The notes under the pieces were generated by a model. The model made no database searches. It was not told the DNA's origin and saw only the letters and a list, made by a program, of their open reading frames with translations. Position numbers and translations under genes: made by a program. From an uncultured Spirochaetota bacterium (GTDB taxonomy: Bacteria > Spirochaetota > Brevinematia > Brevinematales > JAOACQ01), in contig CAVYGN010000002.1 in the NCBI GenBank assembly GCA_963768055.1, positions 1,440,001 to 1,504,000 on the forward strand: DNA of 64,000 nt, read 5' to 3'. Below are positions 39,177 through 48,578 of the stretch, in pieces; the first letter of the stretch is position 1; every line of letters starts with the position of its first letter.

Positions 39177-39863
39177 ATGAAAAGATTAATGGGAAGAAGC
39201 ACCCTTGTAATATTTATTTTACTGGCTGATGCCGCCGTTTTTTTATCAGGACAGGAAAATAGTAAATCGGCCGTGGATTTTTTTAAAGATACGAGGAACG
39301 CCTCGCTTGAAGCTCTCCCCGATTCTTTCAACGCCGGTCTTTCAGGCCAGACGATTGAAAAAAAACTTTCAAGTATCCCCAGGGATTCTTATCTTGACAA
39401 ATCGAAGAGAATCACCGCAGCGGTTTTTTATTCAAAGGTTAAAGGTATTACGATCACGGTCCTTAATGTAGATGATCTGTACAGGGACATATATAAGGAT
39501 CTTCCAAGGCAGTTTTTCGCTTTCGATATTTTATTATCGGAGCGCTCAACCGGCGCTTTTCTTAATAAATATGAAATATCGTATTATGGAAACATGCATG
39601 ATCCGGTTGTTTTAAAATTGCGGATCAGGGGAGCTGAAAATACCGTATTGTTGTATATTGATCGGGTAAGTTACCGGATCCAAAAAATAGATTATCTCCT
39701 CGGTGAAAATTTAATGAGCTCAACACAGGTTTTCTATAGTGATTACAGTCAGAACGGGAAAACTTATACAATTCCTTACCGCTTTGTATCGAAAACAGGT
39801 ATCGGCAGCAGTTCCGAACGATCCGATGTTTTTGAAATGGTTAATATTACCTTAGGGCGCTAA
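39177..39863 (+). CDS. Exported hypothetical protein
   Basis: Signal-like N-terminus, AGGAG RBS; stop codon supplied by the downstream MITE end. Confidence 0.65.
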   Translation: MKRLMGRSTLVIFILLADAAVFLSGQENSKSAVDFFKDTRNASLEALPDSFNAGLSGQTIEKKLSSIPRDSYLDKSKRITAAVFYSKVKGITITVLNVDDLYRDIYKDLPRQFFAFDILLSERSTGAFLNKYEISYYGNMHDPVVLKLRIRGAENTVLLYIDRVSYRIQKIDYLLGENLMSSTQVFYSDYSQNGKTYTIPYRFVSKTGIGSSSERSDVFEMVNITLGR

Positions 39864-39988
39864 TAAAAACCTTCGGATAGGAAGCGCACCTGTCCTGGGG
39901 CCAGGCACCAGGGCCCATAAGGCATGCATATAGAGTGCAGAAACATATTATAATAAATAGTAATTTTCTTGAGACATTAGAACTGCCT
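39855..39988. mobile_element. MITE-like element, copy 2
   Basis: TTA-GGGCGCTAATAAAAAC to ATTAGAACTGCCT-TTAA; interior GCACCTGTCCTGGGG and CCAGGCACCAGGGCCCA shared with copy 4. Confidence 0.7.
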
Positions 39989-40074
39989 TTAAGTAATCGG
40001 TAGCAGTCGGAAAAATTGACAAAAGGTGTAAACATTTTACAATATATACTTGTAATTTTATTGACGAGGTTCTT

Positions 40075-41799
40075 ATGGGTGTGGATGCTATGAACGATAT
40101 TTTCCTTGAAGCCATGAAGAATGACGGGCAAGCAGCGGCCTTGGGGGGATTAGACTTTCAGAGACGTGTAAAAAAAGGGAAGGTTGTCGCTGTTAACAGC
40201 GGAGATGTTTTTCTTGACCTTGGAGGAAAATCGGAATGCGTAGTCCCCCTGTCTGAGTTTGAGCAGCTGCCTGCAATCGGTGATGAAACCGACGTAATAT
40301 TAAAGGAATCCAAAGATGGGGTAAATATAGGTTCGAGGACTGAAGCCGAAAAAATAAAAAAAATCGAGGAACTTGACCGTGCGCTTAATTCAGGTCTTCC
40401 CGTCAGCGGGACAATTGAAGAACCTGTTTATAAAGACAAGGTCCCGAAGGGTTTTACCGTTGAACTTGGATTCGGGATCAAGGCTTTTCTTCCTTTATCG
40501 CAAATCGATGTGAGAAAAGAGGAAAAGCTTGAGAATTTAAGGGGGATGGTAACGGATTTCGCAGTAATTGACGCGAAAAGGAATAACTATACTGTTTCAA
40601 GAAGGGAATTCCTTCAAAAAACAATAAAAAAATTATATACTGTATTTTTTGAAAAATTCAATGCCAACGATATAATCCATGGAAGGGTTGAACGGGTCGA
40701 AGAGGATTTTATCGTTTTGATGGCAGAAGGCATTCGTGTATTCATGCATGTTTCGGATTTTTCATGGAAATATCTCGATGATATGAGAAAGGTCATCAAA
40801 CTTGGCGATGAAATGGATGTCATGATCATTAAAATGGATAAAAGTAAAAATTCAGTTAAAGTGGGACGTAAACAATTTACTCCGGATCCCTGGCTTTCCG
40901 TTCAGAAGAAGTTCAGCCAGGGGGATACTGTCAAGGGTAAAGTAGTGAGTTACAGGAAAGACGGAGCGATTGTGGAAATCGAGGATGGAATTGAAGGATT
41001 TCTTTCCAATGATGAAATGTCATGGACTGAGAGAATTAGGGACGCCAAAAAATTTCTTAAACCCGGTACGATGGTTGAGATCAAGATAATAAATCTGGAA
41101 CCTGAAAGAAAAAGGCTTGATGTTTCCCTCAGGGACATCCAGGAAAACCCATGGGAAAATTCGGATCAGAATTACAGTTATGGAAGAAAAGTGGAAGGAA
41201 CGGTATCCTCGATCCTGGATTTCGGGGTTTTTATTAAGTTCGATGATGGTATTGAGGGCCTTATGCGCCGTGAAGATGTCGATTGGCTTGACAGTTCTGT
41301 CGATCTTAAAAAGAAATTCAGAAAAGGCGAGAAAATCCAGAGCATCGTACTTTCACTTGATAAAGATAAAGAAAAACTCAGGCTTGGATATAAACAACTC
41401 TCAGACAATCCGATCAAAACATTTACGATGAATTATCCGAAGGGTTCCCCTGTTAAGGCGGCCGTTAAAGCCATTATGGATAGCGGGGTCGTAGTGACAT
41501 TGGAGAACAACCTGGAGGGTTTCATTCATATTTCGCAGATTTCAAAAGACAAGGTTGATAATATACATGACGTTCTGAAAGCGGGTGAAGAGGTTTATGC
41601 CCTGGTTCGTTATGCAGATCCGAATAAAAATAAAATTGAACTCAGCATCAGGGACTTTTTGCTGAACGAAGAAAAGGTCGAAGTTTCAAAGTATATCGCC
41701 AGCGACAAACCCAACTCGAATATGGCAAGCATAGGATCTTTATTGAAAAAACAATTGACTAATATTGACGCGGAGAAAGTAAATGAAACATCAAAATGA
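40075..41799 (+). CDS. rpsA: 30S ribosomal protein S1
   Basis: Six S1-like repeats (AFLPLSQID, MHVSDFSW, DFGVF, GFIHISQI); TTGACA-N16-TACAAT upstream. Confidence 0.9.
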   Translation: MGVDAMNDIFLEAMKNDGQAAALGGLDFQRRVKKGKVVAVNSGDVFLDLGGKSECVVPLSEFEQLPAIGDETDVILKESKDGVNIGSRTEAEKIKKIEELDRALNSGLPVSGTIEEPVYKDKVPKGFTVELGFGIKAFLPLSQIDVRKEEKLENLRGMVTDFAVIDAKRNNYTVSRREFLQKTIKKLYTVFFEKFNANDIIHGRVERVEEDFIVLMAEGIRVFMHVSDFSWKYLDDMRKVIKLGDEMDVMIIKMDKSKNSVKVGRKQFTPDPWLSVQKKFSQGDTVKGKVVSYRKDGAIVEIEDGIEGFLSNDEMSWTERIRDAKKFLKPGTMVEIKIINLEPERKRLDVSLRDIQENPWENSDQNYSYGRKVEGTVSSILDFGVFIKFDDGIEGLMRREDVDWLDSSVDLKKKFRKGEKIQSIVLSLDKDKEKLRLGYKQLSDNPIKTFTMNYPKGSPVKAAVKAIMDSGVVVTLENNLEGFIHISQISKDKVDNIHDVLKAGEEVYALVRYADPNKNKIELSIRDFLLNEEKVEVSKYIASDKPNSNMASIGSLLKKQLTNIDAEKVNETSK

Positions 41800-42526
41800 A
41801 AAAACCGGTTTTGAGATTGCAATAGAAATTATATTCAAATACAGGGGTTATTTTATCCTTCTCCTTGTGGCAGTTGTAATTCTTATTTCTATTTTTGCAC
41901 TATCGTATTTTATAAATTCTTCGAACAATGATAAGGCTGACAGACAGTTTGACCTGGCAGAGCAAAATATAAGCGCCCTGGCCAATGATACTAATATCGG
42001 CGAAAGGTCTGAAATGATCCAGCAGCAGATGCAGAGTTTTTTATCGCTCATCCAGGTATATCCCAGGACTATAGCCGCCGAGCGCGCCAGACTGCTTATT
42101 GGAAAGTTCTACTTTGAAACATTTTATACCACAGGCAACCAGCAGCTTCTGCTGGCGGCTTACAGCAATTATAATTATGCGCTCCTCGCCGCCCGTTCGG
42201 ATTTTTACAGAACCCTGGCCCTGATAGGAAGGGCCCAATGCTCGGAACAGCAAAATGGTTATGTTAAGGCTTTTGAAGATTATAACCAGGTTGCAACTAA
42301 ATATACAAATCAGGGTTTCGCCCCGCTTGCCCTTATAAGCATGGCAAGATGCCGCGAGCAGATGTCCGACATACCCGGAGCAATAGATTATTATAAGCAA
42401 TTGATAAAAGAATACCCTGATTCAGAATGGAATTATTTTGCGAGGGGCAAGTTATATTTTTATACTGAAAAATTCCAAAATCAATCAAGCAATACTAATC
42501 TTCCGTTTTTGTCTCCGCTCCCTTAA
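41783..42526 (+). CDS. Membrane-anchored tetratricopeptide-repeat protein (YfgM-like)
   Basis: N-terminal TM, TPR motifs, YKQLIKEYPDS. Confidence 0.75.
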   Translation: MKHQNEKTGFEIAIEIIFKYRGYFILLLVAVVILISIFALSYFINSSNNDKADRQFDLAEQNISALANDTNIGERSEMIQQQMQSFLSLIQVYPRTIAAERARLLIGKFYFETFYTTGNQQLLLAAYSNYNYALLAARSDFYRTLALIGRAQCSEQQNGYVKAFEDYNQVATKYTNQGFAPLALISMARCREQMSDIPGAIDYYKQLIKEYPDSEWNYFARGKLYFYTEKFQNQSSNTNLPFLSPLP

Positions 42527-42578
42527 AATAACTGATCGCATCAGGTCTATGGTTTTAAATGGTTTTAAGGAATAAAAA

Positions 42579-43196
42579 TTGAATAATGTTTCGTTTCAAA
42601 ACCTTCTGGTCGAAAAACGGGAATTGATCCTGAATGCAAGCCTCGATGAATTCGCTTTGTACGGCTTTAATAAAGCGTCTACAAACCGTATAGTCAGAAA
42701 AACCGGGATATCTAAAGGGAGCCTTTTCCAATATTTCGGAAGCAAAAAAGAGCTTTATTATACCGTACTTGAACATAATGCCCGTTCGCTCATCGAGGGC
42801 CTGAAGAAAAAGCTGATCGATCTTCCTCAGGACTTCATCGAAAGGCTAAGGAAGATCCTGGAAATTGTTATGGATTCATACAGGGAGAAACCCCTTGTCG
42901 CCCAGCTTTTATGGTCGGTAATGGAAAAGACAGACAAGGAAAGCCTGGTTGAACTGGTCAACAGGATTCATTGGCAGACCCAGATGGATTTCTTCGGGCT
43001 TCTTTACAATGCGGACACTTCGGTACTGCTTTTCGGCATTGATGATACAATTAAATTCACAAGGTGGATCTTCGAAGGATTAAGGATTGAACTTTTAAAA
43101 GAAATACCAGAAGTCGATATAGAATTTTTTACAAACGCCTTCCTTGAAAAATCTGAAATTGCGCTGAAATTCCTGGCAAAATGTGTTTATAAATAA
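42579..43196 (+). CDS. TetR/AcrR-family regulator
   Basis: EFALYGFNKASTNRIVRKTGISKGSLFQYFGSKKEL HTH; TTG start. Confidence 0.9.
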   Translation: MNNVSFQNLLVEKRELILNASLDEFALYGFNKASTNRIVRKTGISKGSLFQYFGSKKELYYTVLEHNARSLIEGLKKKLIDLPQDFIERLRKILEIVMDSYREKPLVAQLLWSVMEKTDKESLVELVNRIHWQTQMDFFGLLYNADTSVLLFGIDDTIKFTRWIFEGLRIELLKEIPEVDIEFFTNAFLEKSEIALKFLAKCVYK

Positions 43197-43289
43197 TGGG
43201 TCCGGTAATTACTGATTTTTACACAGAGACACAAGAGGCATTTATTCCGGTCTATTGAAAATATTTAAAAAATATATTTTCAAAAACTA

Positions 43290-43373
43290 TTGACATGATT
43301 ATCTTATTGAGTTAAACTTCTTATGTGACCGGGCGGTCATATTTTTATTCTTCCTGAATGACCGGGCGGTCAT
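43290..43373 (+). promoter_or_regulatory. Promoter P1 with two identical TetR-type operators
   Basis: TTGACA-N17-TAAACT; TGACCG-GG-CGGTCA at 43326-43339 and 43359-43372. Confidence 0.75.
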
Positions 43374-43407
43374 GATATTGCGGGAAATTTGGAGACGAAG
43401 AATAAAT

Positions 43408-43459
43408 TTGACATTAGAATGGTTTTCTTATAGTATAAATGAAAATGATTATCATTTAC
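43408..43459 (+). promoter_or_regulatory. Promoter P2 with Fur-like box
   Basis: TTGACA-N17-TAGTAT; GAAAATGATTATCATTTAC is 15/19 to GATAATGATAATCATTATC with a perfect 7-1-7 core AAATGAT-T-ATCATTT. Confidence 0.7.
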
Positions 43460-43483
43460 AGATATTTATGAAGGAGGTTCGTT

Positions 43484-44218
43484 ATGATGAAATGGCTTCC
43501 GGTCTTATTGCTGGCTCCCGCATTCGTATTTTCAATAACGGCTGAAGAGATCGTCAGGGCGGTGGATAAGAACATGGTTTTCGACACTGAAAAAGGCTCC
43601 GCTGTCATGACCATCAACAGGGAAGGCAAAAAGCTGACTAAAACAATGACCCTGGTTGGAAAGAAAAGGGGGAATAGTAATGAATCTTTCTTCGAATTTA
43701 CAAACCCCGAGGATAAGGGTACTAAATATCTCAAAATCGATAATGAACTATGGATATACCTGCCTGACGCCGATGATGTTTTGAAGATTTCGGGGCATAT
43801 GCTAAGGCAGGGAATGATGGGAAGCGATATTTCATACGAAGACATGATGAGGGACGAAGACTATATAAGCAGGTACTCTGCCGTCATATACGGCGAAACA
43901 AATGTAGGCGGAGTGAAATGCTACGATGTGGTTCTTACAGCCAAAGTCGAGGACGTTACATATTACAAGGAAAGGCTCCTGGTCGACGAGGAAAAAATGG
44001 TGGAGGTTGAAAGGGACCTTTACGCAAAGAGCGGGCGTCTGCTTAAAATATTTTCACAGGGAGGGATTCAGACTTTCAAGGGAAGGTATTATCCGACCAA
44101 GTTTACGGTAAGGGATATGAAAAGGGAGGACTCGTTGACGACTATCGAATTACAGAGTCTGGAGTTTGACATCCCTCTTTCCCAGGAATTGTTCTCAAGA
44201 CAAAACCTGAAAAAATAA
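43484..44218 (+). CDS. LolA-like outer-membrane lipoprotein-sorting family protein
   Basis: Signal peptide; F-NPEDKGTKYL, LWIYLP, MMGSDISYED, LFSRQNL. Confidence 0.85.
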   Translation: MMKWLPVLLLAPAFVFSITAEEIVRAVDKNMVFDTEKGSAVMTINREGKKLTKTMTLVGKKRGNSNESFFEFTNPEDKGTKYLKIDNELWIYLPDADDVLKISGHMLRQGMMGSDISYEDMMRDEDYISRYSAVIYGETNVGGVKCYDVVLTAKVEDVTYYKERLLVDEEKMVEVERDLYAKSGRLLKIFSQGGIQTFKGRYYPTKFTVRDMKREDSLTTIELQSLEFDIPLSQELFSRQNLKK

Positions 44219-44250
44219 AATCCGGGAAATAAAAAGCGAAGGAGCTTATT

Positions 44251-45321
44251 ATGAAGTGGATTGTAAAGAAAATTATTCTTTCAGTTTCTTCGGTACTGAT
44301 AATAACGCCTCTTTCTTTCGCAGCGATAGACCTTTCAGGCGGCATTCGCAACGACGCCTATTTCATAAAGACGACAAATAATGTTAATTTTGACGACATC
44401 CTGGAAACAAAGCTTATTTTCTCCAGAAAGGCCGAGGAATGGCGTTTTTATGCCGACCTCAGAGTTTATGCATATTACGGCACCAACCTGGCACCTCAAT
44501 CCGCTACTCCGTTTAATTACGGTTTCGACCTCTTACGTGCTTTCATAAGGTACGAGTCGCCGATAGGCGTATGGACCGCCGGTAAGACATATGTAAATTT
44601 CGGCAACTACGGCATTTTCAATCCCTTTGAAATGAACAAGACCGTCGATTTCAGCGACCTGTCCTATGATAAGGACGGCTTTCTCGCCGCCCAATACGAT
44701 CATGCTTTTAACGATCTTTCGGGTTTCAAATTATTCGCGGGGCCCCAGGGAGGTGTAACTAACAGCTCCCTTGGCGGAAGCATTTACGGCCACCTGGAGA
44801 CTTTCGACGGAGGGCTGGTTTACAACAGGCTGGGGCTTAACACCAACAGGGCAGGGTTGTATCTGAAGGGAGACCTTGAAGTAGGGGTAAACCTTTCTTA
44901 CGCTTACCACTTCGACGATTACCTTACAAATAATTTCAGCGAGGCCAGCGCCGGGATCGATTACGGTTTCTTCGACGAGAAACTTCTTGTCTCTCTCACT
45001 TACTATTATGATGAAAAAGGCGCCACGAATACGAACGATTACCAGCCGTACGGGTTTGACGATGTCTATTTTAAAGCCAGGCATTATCTTTTCGGAGATA
45101 TTACTTATAAATACGACGAGTTCCTGAATTTCGATCTGTATCTTTTCCTGAACCTTGTAGATTACTCCGGAGTGATAGCGCCCTCCGCAACATACACCCT
45201 ATCCGACGGCCTAAACATTACCCTGATGTTCAGCTATATAACCGGTTACGATCAACAGGAATTTTCCCGGGACAATCTGGGAGAGTACTCGGTACTCGTC
45301 CGCCTGGACGCAAAATTATGA
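44251..45321 (+). CDS. Putative outer-membrane beta-barrel protein
   Basis: Signal peptide, Tyr/Phe-rich amphipathic strands, AGK--VNFG---FNP pattern. Confidence 0.65.
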   Translation: MKWIVKKIILSVSSVLIITPLSFAAIDLSGGIRNDAYFIKTTNNVNFDDILETKLIFSRKAEEWRFYADLRVYAYYGTNLAPQSATPFNYGFDLLRAFIRYESPIGVWTAGKTYVNFGNYGIFNPFEMNKTVDFSDLSYDKDGFLAAQYDHAFNDLSGFKLFAGPQGGVTNSSLGGSIYGHLETFDGGLVYNRLGLNTNRAGLYLKGDLEVGVNLSYAYHFDDYLTNNFSEASAGIDYGFFDEKLLVSLTYYYDEKGATNTNDYQPYGFDDVYFKARHYLFGDITYKYDEFLNFDLYLFLNLVDYSGVIAPSATYTLSDGLNITLMFSYITGYDQQEFSRDNLGEYSVLVRLDAKL

Positions 45322-45354
45322 ATAGAAATAATTCTTATATTAAGGAGGCGATTT

Positions 45355-46044
45355 ATGCTTCTTGAGGTTAAAAATTTAAATAAGACTTACAAAACGGGCA
45401 ATGTCGGTTTTCAGGCCCTGCATGATATCAATATATCGATAGACAGGGGAGAATTTACTGCGATCTGCGGCCCGTCGGGCTCGGGTAAGACAACACTGCT
45501 GAATATCATAGGGTGCATCGACAGTTCCGATTCGGGCCAGGTGCTCCTTGACGGAGTAGATCTTTCAGGCAAAAAATCACTCGATCTGGCACTTCTGAGG
45601 CGCGAGTATTTCGGGTTCATATTCCAGACTTACAACCTGATTCCGGTGCTCACATCCTATGAAAATATTGAACTTCCGTTAAAACTTCTTAAAAAACTCG
45701 GCGATTCTGAAATCAAAAAGAGGGTTCTGGAAGTCATGGAGGAAGTAGGGCTGTCGGGCCTTGAACACAGGAAGCCCCTTGAACTTTCCGGCGGGCAGCA
45801 GCAGAGGGTTTCTATAGCAAGGGCGCTTGTGAAAAAACCGAAGATGATCCTTGCCGACGAACCCACGGCAAATCTTGATTCGGCGAACGGCGAGTCAATT
45901 GTGCACCTGATGCATGAGTTAAATGATAATGAAGGAGTGACCTTCGTGTTTTCGACCCATGACCAGTTGATTATGAAGCATGCGAGAAGGCTTATCAATA
46001 TCCATGACGGCCGGGTCGAAAGCGATGTCAAGGGTAAAGGATAA
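45355..46044 (+). CDS. ABC transporter ATPase (LolD/MacB-like)
   Basis: GPSGSGKT, LSGGQQQRV, LADEPTANLD, STHD. Confidence 0.95.
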   Translation: MLLEVKNLNKTYKTGNVGFQALHDINISIDRGEFTAICGPSGSGKTTLLNIIGCIDSSDSGQVLLDGVDLSGKKSLDLALLRREYFGFIFQTYNLIPVLTSYENIELPLKLLKKLGDSEIKKRVLEVMEEVGLSGLEHRKPLELSGGQQQRVSIARALVKKPKMILADEPTANLDSANGESIVHLMHELNDNEGVTFVFSTHDQLIMKHARRLINIHDGRVESDVKGKG

Positions 46045-46078
46045 GTCCTGTAAAGGATTATAAATAAGGAGGCCTTAA

Positions 46079-47302
46079 ATGGGGTTTCTTTTTTCAATCG
46101 CATTCAAGAATGTCATAAGATATAAGAGAAGAACGGCCCTGACCTCCCTGGTGTTATCTTTCGGTATTATGATCTTTATTCTCATGGCGGGCCTTTTAAA
46201 AGGTTTCGATAACAAGTCGTTCGAAAACCAGATCCAGTTCGAAACGGGAGATTTTAAGATCAGGAGCGGCGTTTTTGACGAGGATTCTCCCCTTGATATC
46301 AGCAATTTTATTAACAACTATAAGAATGTTGAAAATATACTGAATTCAAAATCTTATGTAAAAAGCTACACGGAACGCTTGAGCTTTTCAGCCGACCTTG
46401 ATAATGGGAAGTCAACTTCCCCGATAGTGGTCATTGCTATAAATCCCGGCCGGGAAGATTCGGTTTTCACAACCTCGAACTTCATAGTAAAAGGCGGGCT
46501 TGAGAGGGATGGGGCGGTGCTCGGATATAACCTGGCCAATGACATGAACGTATCGATAGGGGACCAGGTTTATGTGACTTTCCGGAATGCGCAGGGGACC
46601 TACGACTCCGTAGAGCTTAATGTCACAGGAATTATTAATTCTCCCGATCCTCAGGTCAATAATTCTACTATATACATGAACATCTTCGACGCCCAACGCT
46701 ACCTGAATACCGATAGGGTCACCGAACTTGTATTGAAAACAGCGGATTACCGTGAATTTAAAAAATATGAACCGGATCTTATAAAAAGCCTCCAGGGTCT
46801 GAAAGTTTACGACTGGGAAAAACTTGGCCAGGATTTTATCAGGATAGGCCAGGCGAAAGCGCGAACTATCGGATTTCTCCTTTTTTTCATAGCTGTCATA
46901 GCGGTAATTGGAATTATAAACACGATGCTGATGTCGGTATTTGAGAAAAAGAGGGAAATAGGTACACTGAAAGCCCTGGGTATGACTGACGGCGATATTA
47001 AGACGATATTTGTTTTCGAAGGGCTTTTAATAGGCGTTTTGGGGAACCTGGCAGGGCTCGCAGCAGGTATTCTTTTCAATCTTTATTTTTCGGTTCATGG
47101 ATTGGACATTACTGCCTTGATAGGAACATCAAGCATGGATATAGGGTACAAGGTTATGGGTATTGTAAAGGCAGGCTGGGATATTGGCGCTATTTTCAGG
47201 GCCGTAATAGTAAGCCTCTTCGTTAGCATATTGGCAAGTTATTACCCTGCCAATAAGACCGTTATTCTACAACCGGCGGAGTGTCTCAGGACGATCCAGT
47301 AA
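46079..47302 (+). CDS. FtsX/LolE-type ABC permease, type A
   Basis: RYKRRT, large periplasmic domain, SVFEKKREIGTLKALG. Confidence 0.9.
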   Translation: MGFLFSIAFKNVIRYKRRTALTSLVLSFGIMIFILMAGLLKGFDNKSFENQIQFETGDFKIRSGVFDEDSPLDISNFINNYKNVENILNSKSYVKSYTERLSFSADLDNGKSTSPIVVIAINPGREDSVFTTSNFIVKGGLERDGAVLGYNLANDMNVSIGDQVYVTFRNAQGTYDSVELNVTGIINSPDPQVNNSTIYMNIFDAQRYLNTDRVTELVLKTADYREFKKYEPDLIKSLQGLKVYDWEKLGQDFIRIGQAKARTIGFLLFFIAVIAVIGIINTMLMSVFEKKREIGTLKALGMTDGDIKTIFVFEGLLIGVLGNLAGLAAGILFNLYFSVHGLDITALIGTSSMDIGYKVMGIVKAGWDIGAIFRAVIVSLFVSILASYYPANKTVILQPAECLRTIQ

Positions 47303-47348
47303 GGTCCTGTCCTGTAAGGCTCTTGTCCTGTAAGGAAAGGAGGTTGAT

Positions 47349-48560
47349 ATGGGATCCGATTTTAAATTCGCTTTAAGAAATGTATTAAGGAATAAACGAA
47401 GATCTTTATTAACCGCCGCTTCGATATTTACCGGTGCGGTCGTAATAGCGCTTATGATAGGTTTCATAAACGGCCTTATAGATAATTTCGAAAGCAATTA
47501 TGTGGATTACCAGACCGGTGATCTTAAGGTTACAACAAAAAACTATGTGAAGTTTGAAAAGTTCCTGCCGGTCGACGAAACCATGACCGGGACGGATCAA
47601 TTGTCTGAGAGTATAAAAAAGATCCCGGGGGTCGAAACTGTAGAGGAAAGGATGCGGTTCGGCATCCTCATGGGAAATGACCAGGATACCGTACCGGCGT
47701 TCGGGATCGGCGCCGATCTCTTCAGCTCAAGGCTTGGCCTATCAGGTAAAATATTAAAACCAGGTACTCTTGAAAAAGAGGGATTATACATAGGGTATGC
47801 TCTCGCGGATAAACTCCATCTTAAGGTTGGGGACGAGATACTGCTTGCCACAAAAACGACTTATGGAGGCCTGAACGGCATCAAGGTCAGGGTGAAGGGG
47901 CTTTTAAGCTTCGGCGTCGGGGTATTCGACCGTAAATTTTTCTTTCTCGATCTTGCGAATGCGAGGAAGCTTTTAAAAATGCAGAATCTGGGTACCGAGC
48001 TTCTTATATTTACAAAAAAGGGTTCATCCGTACCTTCAATACGGGAAAAGATTTCAAGCATCATCCCGAAGACGGATATCGTCAGGGACATCGCGGTTCA
48101 GGTCGGAGGAATATACAATCTTATGACAACGTACAGGTACATTTGCTATTTCTTCGACCTGTTGATCGTCCTGCTCGCCTCTTTCGTGATCATAAGCACT
48201 ATGATGCAGGCAGTGTTCGAACGGATGCGTGAAATCGGAACTCTTAAAGCGATGGGAATGACTGACAGGGAGATATTTGCAGGCTTTACTCTTGAAGGGG
48301 CGATAATAGGAGCGATAGGGGCCCTGCCTGGAGGAATATTGGGATACCTCCTTGTGCTGTTATTCTCCATCAGCGGTATACCCTTCGACCAGATGAAGAC
48401 GGTAGATATGCCTCTCAACTTCATTGTATATCCGTATATAGGGGCGAACGTTCTCATATTGACCATTTTAATGGCCGTTTTCATGTCAAGCGTTGCGGCA
48501 ATGATCCCTGCCAGGAGTGCGGGACGGCTTATGCCGGCCGAAGCCCTGCGAAAGCTTTAG
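47349..48560 (+). CDS. FtsX/LolE-type ABC permease, type B
   Basis: RNKRRSLLT, VFERMREIGTLKAMG, PAEALR. Confidence 0.9.
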   Translation: MGSDFKFALRNVLRNKRRSLLTAASIFTGAVVIALMIGFINGLIDNFESNYVDYQTGDLKVTTKNYVKFEKFLPVDETMTGTDQLSESIKKIPGVETVEERMRFGILMGNDQDTVPAFGIGADLFSSRLGLSGKILKPGTLEKEGLYIGYALADKLHLKVGDEILLATKTTYGGLNGIKVRVKGLLSFGVGVFDRKFFFLDLANARKLLKMQNLGTELLIFTKKGSSVPSIREKISSIIPKTDIVRDIAVQVGGIYNLMTTYRYICYFFDLLIVLLASFVIISTMMQAVFERMREIGTLKAMGMTDREIFAGFTLEGAIIGAIGALPGGILGYLLVLLFSISGIPFDQMKTVDMPLNFIVYPYIGANVLILTILMAVFMSSVAAMIPARSAGRLMPAEALRKL

Positions 48561-48578
48561 ATTGAACGGGAGGGAAAC

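Noticed and set aside
47295..47335. Short direct repeats (also 60314-60355) as a CRISPR array
   Set aside because: Repeats and spacers are far too short and no cas genes are present.
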